The notes below the pieces were generated by a model. It saw only the letters and a program-made list of their open reading frames with translations, had not been told where the DNA came from and ran no database searches. Of a DNA stretch of 64,000 nucleotides, positions 12,708 through 31,073 are shown one piece after another (position 1 is the first letter of the stretch; each line of letters starts with the position of its first letter). The stretch is from Lingula anatina (lineage: Eukaryota > Animalia > Brachiopoda): contig CM120641.1 of NCBI GenBank assembly GCA_051362555.1, positions 1,302,001 to 1,366,000 of the forward strand, given 5' to 3'. Made by a program: the position numbers and the translations under genes.

Positions 12708-14189
12708 TGCATTTTTCCATTTCCTGCAGCACTTCATCACTGGTGAAAATAAAACTGTAGAAGGCTACCCATGATTTACAACACTGCCTTCATTCAAAAT
12801 GTATGTTGGTGTTGGCAATGTGTTCTTGACTACCAAAAGCTACCATTTCCCCATCAAGCACAGCAGAACCAATCTTGTCTGCTGCCTTGTCATTTTGGGT
12901 TTGTTTCTGTACATCTGTCCGTCCATTGGTCAAAATTGTGCCCCCTACCTGTGAACTTTCTCAAATGAGTTCTCTCCTAGCAATTGTTCATTCTTTTCTT
13001 TAAGCAAGTTGTTATTATTTCATTTGAAGATGACCAAAGCAGTTAAACTCTGTGAGGTTTGGTAGCTTTTGTAAGCAGTCAAGATGTGGTGTTCTTTGCC
13101 TATGAAGCTCCCAAATAACCCTGTTGTATGAACTTTTTGGGCAGCAACTTCATGAAGTAAAAGGACCAAATTAACAAGCCTTGCTAACTTAAGCTGTTTT
13201 TTCAATACTTATGATGCTCAAACATGGCTTCCTTTTGTACTGCAGCTTTCTCCAGTAGAAATTCTGGTTGTTTTTGTATTTGTAAATAGTCATACATGGG
13301 CTTTTTTTAATTTTACACAATTCTAAAGTTTGCATCTGTACCATGTAATACTTGCCTCTTTCTAATGACAAACATTTTATTTGTAATTATACTGACAACA
13401 TTTATTGCATTATAAGGTTTCTTTTGATAGACCTTTTTATTGTATAAATATTTTGCTTAAAATGGTTTGAAATGTTCTTAAGTGAACCAGAGCTGTATAC
13501 AGAGAGACATTATCAGTGCGTTGATTCAAACTAGTCGTTATTTCAGCAGACGATCAGTATTGTCACCATGTCTTGTTCAGTTCCAGGAGGCATAAGACGA
13601 TATCGAATGACATTTTAAATATTGTGCCGGGAGACGGGGGTTCCATCTTTAATGTAGCTGTATTGTAATATGCTTAGTTTGTTTTGGTGAACCTCTTGAA
13701 GAAAGTTTTGGTAAATGAGGCCGATATAAATCTGTAGTTTTTCAATGTGGCACATGCAAGAATCATATAAATGTAGTCTGTAAGGTCAGTGCTAGGTTAT
13801 CATAGTGGAATATATATTTGTAGTATAGACAAATAAATGTACATTTCGTAGTACCCTTCTGTGTCAGACTTGTTATTGCAGAAGTACTGAAAGCTTTGTT
13901 TTTTTAATATGAAAAATTCAAAGAATTTCTACCTGAAGGAAAACAAGCCCAATATTCAGAGAAAATTATATTCAACTGCTGCATAGTTTTTTGCCAGCAG
14001 GGAAAATATGTGAAACGAATGTGTAAGCTGTCATCACTATATTAAGCAGACATTCTAGCACTAGAAAGACAACAATGAATAAACTCGTTTATTCATCTTG
14101 CTCTTCAACAATGCCTTTCACAGTCCCAAAACTATACATATAGAACCTGATATGTATGTTAAAGGAATAACTATTTCAATGAAAAAAGG

Positions 14190-15977
14190 CTAATTTTCTG
14201 GGCACAATTCTGTTGCATCATCAAAGTCATTGTGAATATTTTTTGTGAAACTTATGACATCCACCAGCATGTGTTGGGGTATTTCTGACCCCCTGACTTG
14301 GACAGTGTAACACGCAGACTCCACCTTCTGCAGACTCTGCTTCAGTACCGCCAGCTTCCTTGGCAGTTCACGGGCAACGTTTCCAAACGATAGAAATGCA
14401 TCGTGGATCACACGCATGAAGCTGCAGAGAGTAAAAGGGAGTTCCAGGTCTCCAGTGCCTACACTGTTTATAGCCATTCGCATGAGTTCTCCCGTCAGGT
14501 CAGCAATACCTAACACATAATCCATGGGGCTCACATACACTTCAGCTAACTTCACGGTATTTTCAGTGCTTGTGTTCTCAGCAGAAGGTGATCCTGATCT
14601 TGTCGATTCCTGAAAGTAAGATAAAGCTGTACACCAAGACAATGTATCGACATACAATTATTTACATTTTGCTACTGGCACATGTATAAGACCTAAAAAT
14701 TCTAAAAATCAGATGTATACAGTTTATTTTTAGTTTATTAGCAAATATGTTTCTCAGTCCAAAAAAAGGATGTTAACAAGAGGTGATAATAAAACATCCC
14801 TAATGCAAACAAGAACTTACCATTTCACTTACTGGATTTGGAAGATTTGCATTCAAGTCAAAGACTAAGTCTTTTTGCACTTGTTCCAAACTGACTAAAG
14901 TTCCATCCCTGAGATAATGGAAAAAAGAAACTGCTTCAATGTATTCTTGAAGACCTAGGAAGTAAAAGTAATCATTGAATAACCTCTGAAACATATAAAA
15001 TGTCACTTCAAATCAGAAGTACTCTATTATAATTACAGAAATACCAGGGAAAATGTTAATGGTCTTCAGATAACATGATAAAACAGACTCATGCTTGACT
15101 AAGAAATTAAATAACGAGATTTAATCAGGTGCAAAGTCAAGTGATAAAAGTGTACAGACGTGGGTCTAAACTAGTGAAGAAATCTCGTTATTTTGCCTCC
15201 AAGTCAAAAATAACTTATCTTTTCGGTAAAGTTCACAAAAAAATGAAATATATTAATACACTGAATAAAATGAAAGAAAATTGAATTGAATTTGGCAATC
15301 AGTGAAATACATCATTTGATAATAATATTTACCTGGGGAGATTGCTCTCAGAAATTGATGGACATCTTCATTTTGCAATTCAGCAGCAATTGGTTTGAAC
15401 TTGGTCAACTGTATCTGTCTCAATTTATCCTCTGCCTCCTCCATTATATGGGCTTTTGATTCACTCCTTGAAAGACATGATGAAAATTAAACCTTTTAAT
15501 TTTAAATGTGCTCTACAAATCAGTTTTTATTTGAATTTTTATCGCACATGTAACAGTTTTTGTTTTGTAATTATAATTTAAGCTTCTACAGTGATGGGGC
15601 ATTGGGGGGCATCACCTACCCTGTAGATCTGTGTAGCAAGAAAATCGTTCTCTTGCTGTCGATAGTAACGTCCCTGCTGAGTTTGACAAGTCTTTCATAT
15701 TTGTCATGCCTTCCGTCTAACTCACTTTGATACTGCTTGAATGCCTTGAAGACATTAGAGTTCTCATCAAGCTTTGGCACGTTCTCCTCGTCACGCTTTT
15801 CTCCCGAATTTGCATGCTTGTGTTCAGTCCGTCTCCCTCTTCTACTACCTGTGTAATACATAAGGATCATATACATAGACAAAAGAATTTTTTTTGTCAA
15901 GATTTATTTCCCCACAAAAGTGTTTTTAAATCCTGAAAGAAGTGACAAAAGAAGTTTACCTTACCACGATGTGCCAT
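14190..15977 (-). CDS. TSNAX: Translin-associated factor X (Trax, C3PO nuclease subunit), 5 exons
   Basis: Exons 15977-15965, 15848-15620, 15466-15333, 14954-14821, 14609-14190. Motifs [64 protein letters not shown] and KVESACY..VRGSE. Confidence 0.95.
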
Positions 15978-16387
15978 CTTTGCGAAACTTGCACCTATGT
16001 TAATACGAACCAGTAATCTTAAACAAGACAAGCTCCGCCAAATGTTTGATATTCTATCACCACGGCATGTCTGGAACCGCGCAAAATTTAGCAAGGAATA
16101 GAATTTACAAACAGGCTCGAAATACGGACACCGTTGAATACTTTAAGACTGTATAACGCCTTCAGCAGCAGATTTAGAGGGGGAGGGGTCAGGGGGTCCT
16201 GACCCTCCCTTCGGTTACTGAAAGAATCACACTAATATTCCCCTCTTTAAAAATTTTAACTGACTGATTTATAGTTCTTATCTGTTCCAAATGGCACTGT
16301 TTGACCTATAACCCCCCCCCCCAAAAAAAAAAAAAACATACATTAGTTAAGAATTAATGATGACAACAACTTATTGCGTGTCATTAT

Positions 16388-19300
16388 CATAAAGTCTGCG
16401 TCGTCAATTATATTTCTTGTCTTTTTTGCTTTAAAGTCTTAAACATGATACTTAGGCGGGGATGGTCATTGATCTCTATCCTTTACCAAATACTCAAAAG
16501 ATCAAAATTGGATTGAGACAATACCTTACCCGGCGTGGCGTCATACATGTCATACAGCCCTTTCATAAAAAAAGTTATCTGCTCGTTGGGATTATCAGCA
16601 AGAAAAGTTTTTTTTTTTCAAAAGCCACATTGACGATATTGCTATATCTAATCATACATTGTACATTTTTTTTGCCCCCCCCCCCCCCTCCTTTGGCCTT
16701 GCTTATCAAGACTGTACATATATTTACACAGTACCCGGGGCAACTCCACAGTGGACGTTTGAAATGGCAAAGACTACTCACAACTAAAACCGCCAATTTG
16801 TGAACCGCTTTGGCTCTTATCGTAGTCTATAACGTCACAGGTGAAGTCAAACGTAAACTCACTGTAAAACAAAATGAAAACTAGAAAAGCACTCAATAAG
16901 CGCAGACCTCAGCCAAGGCAGCAAAGTCTCCATCCAATGCCGTTTCACCCCTAAATTGTCATCCTATAATGATTTAGTATTTTATTATTGATTATTGATT
17001 GATTATTAATCCGGATCACCACCAAAAACTAATGATATTTTTCTGAAAATTCGCTTCGTTGCAATTGCATGAATGGAAAGCGCATCAGCTTATGAATATT
17101 TAAACCTTTTCTTACGATTCCCTCTTCTAATGGGGTTGCTAAAACTAAAACCGTCCCATTGTGCTCTTCAACGTCATTGGTGAAGTCAAACTAAATCTCA
17201 GCATAAAACAAAGTCATAGTAAAAAAAATAATAATAATAATCTATCTAGGAACTCTCCGTGTCGGCTTTTCAAATAAGTGCTCGTCTACATGATGAATTT
17301 TAACAACTTTATGATAATACCATGTTCCCAGACTGGCGTTGCGTTGGATGAACTACATATGTACGGCTCACGGCCTATTGATTATTATGGCAGATACACA
17401 TGTATACATGTACAGCCAATCTGGTCCTCTCTGTGAGAAAGTAGAAAATTTCCATTTGACACGTTCCCTACCAACGAAGCTGGTGTGGCCTCGTGGTACC
17501 TACGCCGTCTTGGGCACAGTTACATACTTATACGCGGGTTCGAACCCAAAGATATTCGATGAGATTTTTTTGCTCGAAATAATTTCTAATAATTGCATTT
17601 GATTACTATAAGAGGAAACTCGTACCTACGGAGGGTGGGCGGGTCGGTCACGGCGCAGTCGGTAACGTGCTAGGTTGCAAAAAATACCAAGCCATCAGCA
17701 AACCATGATAACGGCAAGTCACGGGTTCAAATCCCGGATAAAGCATGTCAGTTCACCTCAACAACTAGGTAGCCTCGCAGTCCAAAATAAAACGAATGCA
17801 GGCTCTCGTGTGTCCCAGCAAATTACCTTTTGCATAAAATCCGGTAAAGGTTAGAATTAATGACCATTAACATAATGTCTGCGTCGTCAATTATATTTCT
17901 TTTTCTCTTTGCTTTCTCACTCTTTAACATGATACTTAGACGGGGATGGTCATTGATCTCTATCCTTTACCAACTACTCAACAGATCAAAATTAAATTGA
18001 GTCAATACCTTACCCAGCATGGCACCATGCATGTTATGCAGGCCTTTCATAAAAAAGCTCTCTATTCGTGAGTATCAGCAAGAAAAGTTTTTGTTTGAAA
18101 AGTTACATTGCTGCTATTGCTTCACCTAATCATACACTGTACATTTTTTTTGCCCCCCCCCCCCCCCCCCCCCCCTCCTTTGGCGGGTCATCAAGACTGT
18201 AGCCTACATATGTTCATAGAGTACCCGGGGCAACTCCACAGTGGACGTTTGAAATGGCAAAGACTACTCACAACTAAAGCCTCCAATTTGTGAACCACTT
18301 TGGCTCTTATCGTGCTCTATAACGTCACAGGTGAAGTCAAACGTAAACTCACTGTAAAACAAAATGAAAACTAGAAAAGCACTCAATAAGAACAGAACTC
18401 AGCCAAGGCAGCAAAGTCTCCATCCAATGCCGTTTCACCCCTAAATTTTCATTCTATAATGATTTAGTTTTTTATTTTTGATTATTTTTTATTATTGATT
18501 GATTATTAATCCGGATTACCACCAAAAACTAATGATATTTTTCTGAAAATTCGCTTCGTTGCAATTGCAAGAATGGAAAACGCATCAGCTTATGCATATT
18601 TAAAGCTTTTCTTACGATTCCCTCTTCTAATGGGGTTGCTTAAACTAAAACCGTCCCATTGTGCTCTTCAACGTCATTGGTGAAGTCAAACTAAATCTTA
18701 GCATAAACAAAGTCATAGTTATAAAATTAATAATAATCTATCTGGGAACGCTCCGTCTCGGCTTCTCAAGTAAGAGCTCGTGCACATGATGAACTTTAAC
18801 AACGTTGATGATAATACCACGTTCGCAGACTGGCGATGCGGGGGATGAACTACATATGCACAGAACACGGCCTATTGATTATTATGGCAGATACACATGT
18901 ATACATGTACAGCCAATCTGGTCCTCTCTGTGAGAAAGTAGAAAGTTTCCATTTGACACGTTCCTTACCAACGAAGCTGCTGTGGCCTCGTGGTACCTCC
19001 GCCGTCTCTGGCACAGTTAGACACTTCTACGCGGGTTCGAACCCAAAGATATTCAATGAGATTTTTTTGCTCGAAATAATTTCTAATAATTTGCATTTGA
19101 TTACTATAAGAGGAAACTCGTACCAACGGAGGGTGGGCGGTGCAGTCACGGCACAGTCGGTAACGTGCTAGGTTTCAAAAGATACCAATCCATCAACAAA
19201 CCATGCATGATAACGGCAAGTCACGGGTTCAAATCCCGGATGAAGCATGTCAGTTCACCTCAACAACTGGGTAGCCTCGCAATCGAAAACGAATGCAGGC

Positions 19301-19891
19301 TCTCGTGTGTCCCAGCAAATTACCTTTTGCATAAAATCCGGTAAAGGTTAGAATTAATGACCATTAACATAAAGTCTGCGTCGTCAATTATATTTCTTTT
19401 TCTCTTTGCTTTCTCACTCTTTAACATGATACTTAGACGGGGATGGTCATTGATCTCTATCCTTTACCAACTACTCAACAGATCAAAATTAAATTGAGTC
19501 AATACCTTACCCAGCATGGCACCATGCATGTTATGCAGGCCTTTCATAAAAAAGCTCTCTATTCGTGAGTATCAGCAAGAAAAGTTTTTTTCGAAAAGTT
19601 ACATTGCTGCTATCGCTTTACCTAATCATACATTTTTTTGCCCCCCCCCCCCCCCCCCCCCCTTTGGAGGCTTATCAAGACTGTACATATATTCATAGAG
19701 TGCCCGGGGCAACTCCACAGTGGACGTTTGAAATGGCAAAGACTACTCACAACTAAAACCGCCAATTTGTAAACCGCTTTGAGTCTTACCGTGGTCTATA
19801 ACGTTATAGGAGAGGTCATAGAAGTAGACAAAAGTTTTTTCTACTTCTATGGTGAAGTCATACGTAAACTCAGTGTAAAACAAAATGAAAA
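16388..19891. repeat. ~1.5-kb tandem segmental repeat (about 2.35 copies) containing tRNA-like Pol III boxes and a HINE-like fragment
   Basis: Homologous positions at about 16388, 17871 and 19367. The ORF track shows the duplicated spurious ORFs (17339/18836 and 16462/18108/19516). Confidence 0.9.
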
Positions 19892-20304
19892 CAATAAAGA
19901 CTTAGTGCCTTATATTATAAAACTGTTAACATGTTAATTTACTTCTTGTATGTAAAAATAACTAAAGATTTTAAAGATTCTGTTGTAAATACCTGAATAT
20001 CATACTGGCATTATACGTTTTTAAAAAATTAAAAAGTTAAAATAAGGACTATCAACGATGTCCATTTTTTTTCACGTCACATTAATAAAATGACTAGAAT
20101 AGTCAGTGGGTGGATTTTCGTCAATGTTTAACAAAAGAACAAACAGTACAAAATCAAAAGTTAGGCCTACTTATTCTTGCCATATAAAATAGGTGCCTAT
20201 CTTGTTAAGCAAACAGTGCACAGTTCCGCGGGTTCTACTTCCTCTAACTGGGTTCTTTTTGCTCCCTCTGGACTGGGCTCCATTTTTAACATGGCAAGAA
20301 TAAA

Positions 20305-21744
20305 CTAGTGTTTTCGGCCATAAGGCCAACCGGACCTTCCACCTAACAAATTCTCATCATAAACCACTTCAAAACTAGTTGTTTGAGAAGTGAGCACCAC
20401 GTTTAATACATCTTTCTCAATGCGTTTCCAATACTTTTTCGGCGTATATCCGTCCCTCATTGAACGACACACCGTGACGATTTTAGGAGCGCCGTAAGTG
20501 TCTTGGTGCAAAATTTCTCGAAGTTGTCGCGTCCTTTCGTCAATCTCTGGCAAGTTTGGCGTATGGAATGAAACCACAGAGTCAAAGGGGGTGTTTGCAC
20601 CATGACAGATTTTAAGTATGTTACCCCCTTGGTCAAATATTATAGAATTAGGCGAAGTAATCAGGCAAAAGCCGACACTTCTCAGTGTCTGTAGCTGAGC
20701 TGCAGTCAATTTTGCCAAATGTTTAACAAGCTTTTTGGCGGTATATTTGATACCATTGTGCTTAAATTGCTCTGAACAGAACATTTCTGATATTGGCTCT
20801 TTAGTGTAAGGTTCGTTTTGTACTATCTTCATGAATTTCGGTACGAATCCATCCACAATCTGTGGGACTGTGTCTCCGCAGCTATTGCCAGTATTAGAGG
20901 TAGCTCTGTTGCATTGCTCTACAATGATATCAATCAGCTGCGTCAAAAGACCGTCTGCTTCTTGTTCGTGATAAACGCTTAATGGACAGATCATTTCTGA
21001 CACAAGATCGTCAATTCTTTGCACCAAATCCCATTTTATTCCGGAATTCAACAGTACTTCTGCTCCGCTCTCGCAGCCATAGTAGTCTTCGTCAATATCC
21101 AAAACAAGCCGCGATCCGGGTTTCACCAAGGAACCGTCTTTCATCATGCGTACGGCAACGTCGTCCCTTACTTGATAAAATGTGACAGAATTTTTTATGT
21201 GACAATGCGAAGCCGGTATTGGAATAAATATATCGTCAGACTGTGACTTTGCGTCCCTCGTCGTTTCTTGCTTTTGCCTGGCACTCTCAAAATGATCGTA
21301 GTCCGCATACATGCAGTACCTCTGTCCGTCTTCCACCTGAAATATATGGCAATATGGTGTTCAGGATTCTCGAGCAATCAATTTATTATTTATTTCATCT
21401 AATGTTTTCTCTGTATAAACAAGAGGATAACGATCATAATATGACAATCATAACAATCAATCATTCCGCCTCGCCGGCAAACAATCTGTAAAGAAATAAA
21501 GAAAAAGTACGATCCTCGAAGTCTTAGTGACATGTTGTGCTATTGACGTTAGTGCATAGAGTAGCCTACATATTATGATTCATCAATAAGACAAATCTAA
21601 AAGAAATCGGGTCCAATTACAGGTCCGTAACCAGCAATTTCAAAAGGAGGTTCTTTTTCAGAAAAAGAGGACATTTTACCATGAAACCATCATGTACCTA
21701 GAAAAAATTTTACCCTTTTTCACGGCAAAAGGGGGACTCTTTCG

Positions 21745-21777
<33 letters not shown>

Positions 21778-24755
21778 AAGCCCCTACGGGCCTGCATTTA
21801 GAAATGCAATATTAACCTCGCACATGCAGAACTTCTTTTCTATCTCCCTAGTGGTAGCAGACTTCAACCAGAACCAGCCGACGTCGGTCTCGGAGACCTC
21901 GTACCCTAGGGTAGAATTCGGGTGTTCCTGCTCGTTGTTCTTGTCCCAGGAGGGCCATATCCACACCCAGCTACTGAACAAACCGGTCGATATGGCACCC
22001 TGTTGGTGGACCAGAAGAAATTTGAAAGAAAAGATTAAAATTCTACAAATGATACATGTAGGGCAAACGCCTTTTAAATATTTCTTGTGAAAGTTCAAAT
22101 TATGTAAATTTAACAATTAATTTTGGGCATAAAATGAACGCTTTGTTGGTAATATTCAAATAACCACAACTTAAAACTTCATTAAAAGAAGATGTTTCTA
22201 TGGCCACATTTGCGTATAACAGATACTCATTGAAATGTTGACATTCAGTAATCCGAACTTCATTGGAAATGAAACAAAAACAAAATATTTGTGTTGTAAT
22301 AACTTCTCTGACAGTTTAAATATAATATAAAACACCGATAGAACTGTAAAATATTTATAATTAAAGCTTGAAATGATTTTACTGCATAGAAAATAATTAA
22401 AAGTAAACCACAGAATTTATTTTACGTTTTAGAGGGAATCCCATTCTAAAGATAGAGCAACATGAATGCATTACCCCTGGAAGAAAATAACGTCAAAATA
22501 TTTCTCATTTTACCAATATAAAAGCGTCATTTCTCTGCAGCATTGCCGCTAGCTCCTTAGAATTTCTTGGTCGATGGAAGAACGGGAAATCCTCGATCAA
22601 CTCCGGCGGTGCGTTGTCACTGTGACCGTCTACGTGAATCTGAAGAAAATCACAGTAAACGCTCCAGAAACCTCGATTCGCTGACACAGAAAAATCGCAA
22701 GAAAGAGAACATATAGGCCCGTTACCAGCAATTTCAAAATGGGGGTTCTTTTTCCGAAAAAGTTGACCTTTTACAGTGAATCCTTGGTGTACCTAGATCA
22801 AATTTTACCGAGAATGGACCTTTTTCTGACAAGAAGGGCGGTTCTTTCGATCCCCCCGAACCCCGACTGGCTACGGGCCTGACATATGTGGAAGCTTTGA
22901 ATTAACGAGATATCAGATATATGAGGTATTCCAGCACTAATATTGTGCACTTTTTATGTTAACTAATTACACGTACAATAAATTAAAACAAGTGCTATAT
23001 TTGTCTTACCAGAATGTTTCCTTGTTCCGCCAATAACCCTTTGTTTACTGCTTCATACCAATAGCGTAAAACTGAAATAAGGATGAAAAGAAGTGGAACC
23101 TTATGTAAATTTTATTGGGTTATTGTTACTGAAAGTACCCGTGGCAAAGCATCATCAACAGGAGCTAATACTGGCGTATCCACCTTTTTGCTATGGGGTG
23201 GGGGGTGCATAATAAGAATAACTTGCTTTTTTGTCATCTTTCACTGGTAAATACTTTTTGACAGGGGTACATCAGGAACAAAGAGAAAGGAACATGTTTA
23301 CTGTGACTTCCCCTTTATCTAAAAATGTAGCCTACTATATCTCAGGCCTGAAGACAGGGGTAGGGTGGGTTCTTTTAGCCGGGAAAAGGTCTGCTGCGAA
23401 TTAAAACTTGATCTAGCTTAGTCTGATGATAAAATGATCTCCCCTTTTCAGAAAAAAACTTTCAAATTTATGGTCACTGCAGGCCTTTTAACTGGAACTG
23501 AGATCTAATAAACGGATATTAGATCCTAGACTAGAAGAAACTTTTTCTTTACAGGACTTATTTTCATTCCGACATGTAGTTAAATATTACCCCTCTTTTT
23601 AAAATAACCCCCAAAGGCCGGGTACTACACGTGCTACAGGCTCTCTTCTTAGGATAACGCAATTCTTTTAAGAATAAATACTGCTACAGAGATTCTCAAA
23701 CTGTGCATACGGAAAAGAATGAAAACGACGCCGCGTTGTAACTTCCACAGAATCAGTTTAACTAAAAAATTTACATTATAAAATTAAAGCCAAATCTCAG
23801 CTTCAAATATGCAGATCTATTCTCCTTTGTTCTCGTATTCCTCGGATTTTTATATACATGTACAATTCTAATAATTGAAATGTCAATAAAACATTCTGCC
23901 AATTTTAATTAAATTAAAAGTTAAATTGGACCGCACCAGTGAAATTCCTGAAAAACAGTCAGTTATATAATCCAATCCGTTAAAAATGTTCAGTTTAGTG
24001 GTGAAGTCCATTTTATTTTAATAACCTTTTGAAAACACCATATTTTTGTTCTTACTTGTTATAGGAAATGTTTTCTCTCAGTGTGTTAATTTAATTTAAT
24101 TTATTATCATTATTTTTCTCTTTTGAAAAGTGGACCTGGGCCAGTGAATTTTGTGTCGAGTCAGTATATTCTCAGACCCTAGTAGCCCGTCTGGTCTGTA
24201 AGTTGAAAAGTATCTGGCAAAGACTGATCAAATAAATCATGAAGTAATTGGTTACTTGTACTAAGTTCAACACATGCCCGCCCCTCTAGAAGGCAGGACT
24301 ACGTATTACCTACTTGGTAATTCTACAGGATAACCAGGCTTCAAACAAAGACTATAGTAAATTTGAACTTCTAGGTGTGAAATGTTATCTAAAGCTATAC
24401 TTGTGCGTCATACATGCCAAATTCCAGTATGTGAACATTATCATTTATGCATCGAGATAAAAACCATAACATGTCAACTTCCAAAGATTTCATTGATAAT
24501 ATAAAGATTTTAAAATGTTATTGACAGATTATTTTCTTATACAGTGGTTCCTGACATAGGTTGCACAGGAAAACTAACAAATGAAGATCAAAGAAACTAC
24601 TCACAATGTCCCAAATCCAAATCGTGTAAATACTGTCAGATGAGAATAAGCCTACTGTACAGATTGTAAACCAATAATCTAATTCTTGAAAATGAGTTGG
24701 AAGGACAGAATAAGAGTTTAAAAAAACAATACAAAAAATTCGTGCCTGCGAAGTA

Positions 24756-24789
<34 letters not shown>

Positions 24790-25234
24790 GGACGTACGTT
24801 ATAGAAATTAATAAAGCCGATTGATACCCTATATAATTCTACAACAATCATGAACCAACAGAAAACCAAACTAAATCAGTGCATAATAATCTGAACCGTC
24901 TGGCTACATAATAAACTTGGATAGGATCCTAGATAAGCTTAATGTGTATAAATGATAATAAATGTTATGTAGCCCCCGTATCCGGGACCATGAGTAAAGC
25001 GCAATCCCTCTACAGGCAATCTGTGTGTAAGTGGACGGAATGAGTCAACTATACTGTTTCTGTGCCCCTCACGATTACTTTACCTTCATGGTGTTCTTCT
25101 ACAACGGCAACGGTAATTTTGCCAGACCCGCCACCAACAGAAGAGAGAATCATAAACCACAGGCCTGTTAGAATAACTGTAACAATCACAATTGACCACA
25201 GGAGCCGACAGCGACGTCCCAACCTCCAGAACAT
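20305..25234 (-). CDS. UPF0489 (C5orf22-like) family protein with an N-terminal transmembrane anchor, 5 exons
   Basis: Exons 25234-25084, 23071-23010, 22639-22514, 21999-21817, 21336-20305 join in frame. Motifs VVEEHHEVLRYW, IHVDGHSD, NDAFI, WIWPSW, LDIDEDYY and CRSMRDGYTP. Hydrophobic LLWSIVIVTVILTGLWFMIL follows a basic N-terminus. Confidence 0.8.
21620..21794. mobile_element. Short CAGG-terminated non-autonomous DNA transposon; copies at 22715-22881 and about 55518-55737
   Basis: Termini CAGG(T/C)CCGT(A/T)ACCAG / CTACGGGCCTG, shared internal CAGCAATTTCAAAA-GGGG and poly-C; apparent 6-bp TSDs. Confidence 0.7.
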
Positions 25235-26962
25235 CGTGAAGCCAGCGTCATCCCGGATTCCGTATAGATATCAGCGTGAGTCAGTTGTATGTAGGTCAAG
25301 CTTCGCTATTTTTAATCATAGGTCATCAGTGCCGACGTCATATAATATTTAAATATTTCGCCCGATTATTTAGCCTAATGGAACTACCGGACTTGGAACC
25401 TAATTTTTATGTACAAACACAGATATGTCTGTACATATAGCGGCACCTGCGTCTGTCGAAGCCGCTGACGTCGTTACCGTCGCCGTGGACTTTCAATGTT
25501 AACAAGTGGAAAACCGTTTCACCTTTGTCTTCAAACTTACTTAACTGATGAGTTCGAAAATAAGCTTGATCGGACAATTTTTACAAAAGTTATGCGGGGT
25601 TTTTTTTCTCGCTTTTTCAGCATATTTTTTACCACCATTACACAGATAACATGAAAACCGTGTCATATTTTGCTTTAAAACTTTTAAGCCTGATTCATAA
25701 GAGCAATATACAGATCAAATGTGAAAATAAGCCTAATCGGTTCAGTTTTGATGAAGTTATGCCTTTTTTGTATATAAATGGTTTTTACTCAGATTCAATT
25801 CTTAGGCATTTTAAGCCTCATTTTTGCTTTTGTTTGTTGTTATAAAAGTGTTAAAAATAGAAGTAAACTCGTTTCAGTACAGTTATGATTTTTTTTTTTT
25901 TAATTTTGGTGTTTTCAAGGTGTGACTGACGTTCCATGGGCCATGACACTTATATTTTACTACTAAAATTGATGGTCATTATGTTGTCAACCATTATGTA
26001 TACCTAAATCGATCTAACCTCAGTTAAGCATAATGTATTATTGCGTCACATCTAGAATTGGCAGTATCCCATTGTGTTATTTTCAGTTTTTTGTCTGTAC
26101 ATTTGATAGCTTTGCTTTCTGTATTTTCAGAAGTCGCTATTCTAAGCATGTCTATAGGGAAGAGAGGCAGGAAGGGAAAGACCGCCTTTCTGCGTCTTCA
26201 TGTGCGGACAGTCCACTGATACCAAAGACTACACCACCCGATTATTGAGCAAAGTGGAGCCACAACACGTGGGGTATAAACCACACGTTGTTTCGTTTCA
26301 GTCACCATTATCGTTAGAAATTCGCTTCTTTGATAACATGGTTTATACAAAATAAAGGGCCTTTTATGCACATTTTAGTGTGAATTGCCCACATTTCGGA
26401 TATTTAAAAAGTCTTTAGCACGTTTCCTGGTTAAACGAGGCAGAGGGTCCGTGTAACAGAGAGCCAGCCTTCAATTTAATTATGTTAGGGTTTGTCTGAC
26501 CCAAGTGGGTTAAAATCTTGAACGAGGTTTACATCCACAAATGAATGGGAAGCAAACTCCCCATCAATTGGAAAGTGGGGGGTCTCCGTCATGTTACACC
26601 GGTCTCGTTCGTACACAACGTGGAAGAGGAACGGTTTCATTTATACTATATATTTAAACTGCCTTTACTTTCTCCATACAAAATAGTAATACTAAGAGTC
26701 ATCTCGTTTTGCCCATTGCCTTTATACGTGTCCAAGAGAACCAACCTAGACATGACAAGTTAAAACTTTGTAATTATCAAAGGTTGCGAGAGGGGAAGTC
26801 GTCCATCCGCGAAATATCTGAACACCTTTATGAAGTGTAAGCTTTTAAAAACAAAAACAAGTATCTCATTCATTTTTTTATTTTCATTTTTTTTTCTTTT
26901 GCAGAAAAGAAATTTAGTGTCTCTTGATTAAATCCCACAAATCAAGGGTTTTCTTGGTTGTC

Positions 26963-31073
<4,111 letters not shown>

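Noticed and set aside
17479-17740. Functional tRNA genes in the 1.5-kb repeat
   Set aside because: A and B boxes are present, but no consistent acceptor or anticodon stems. They are kept only as tRNA-like Pol III cassettes.
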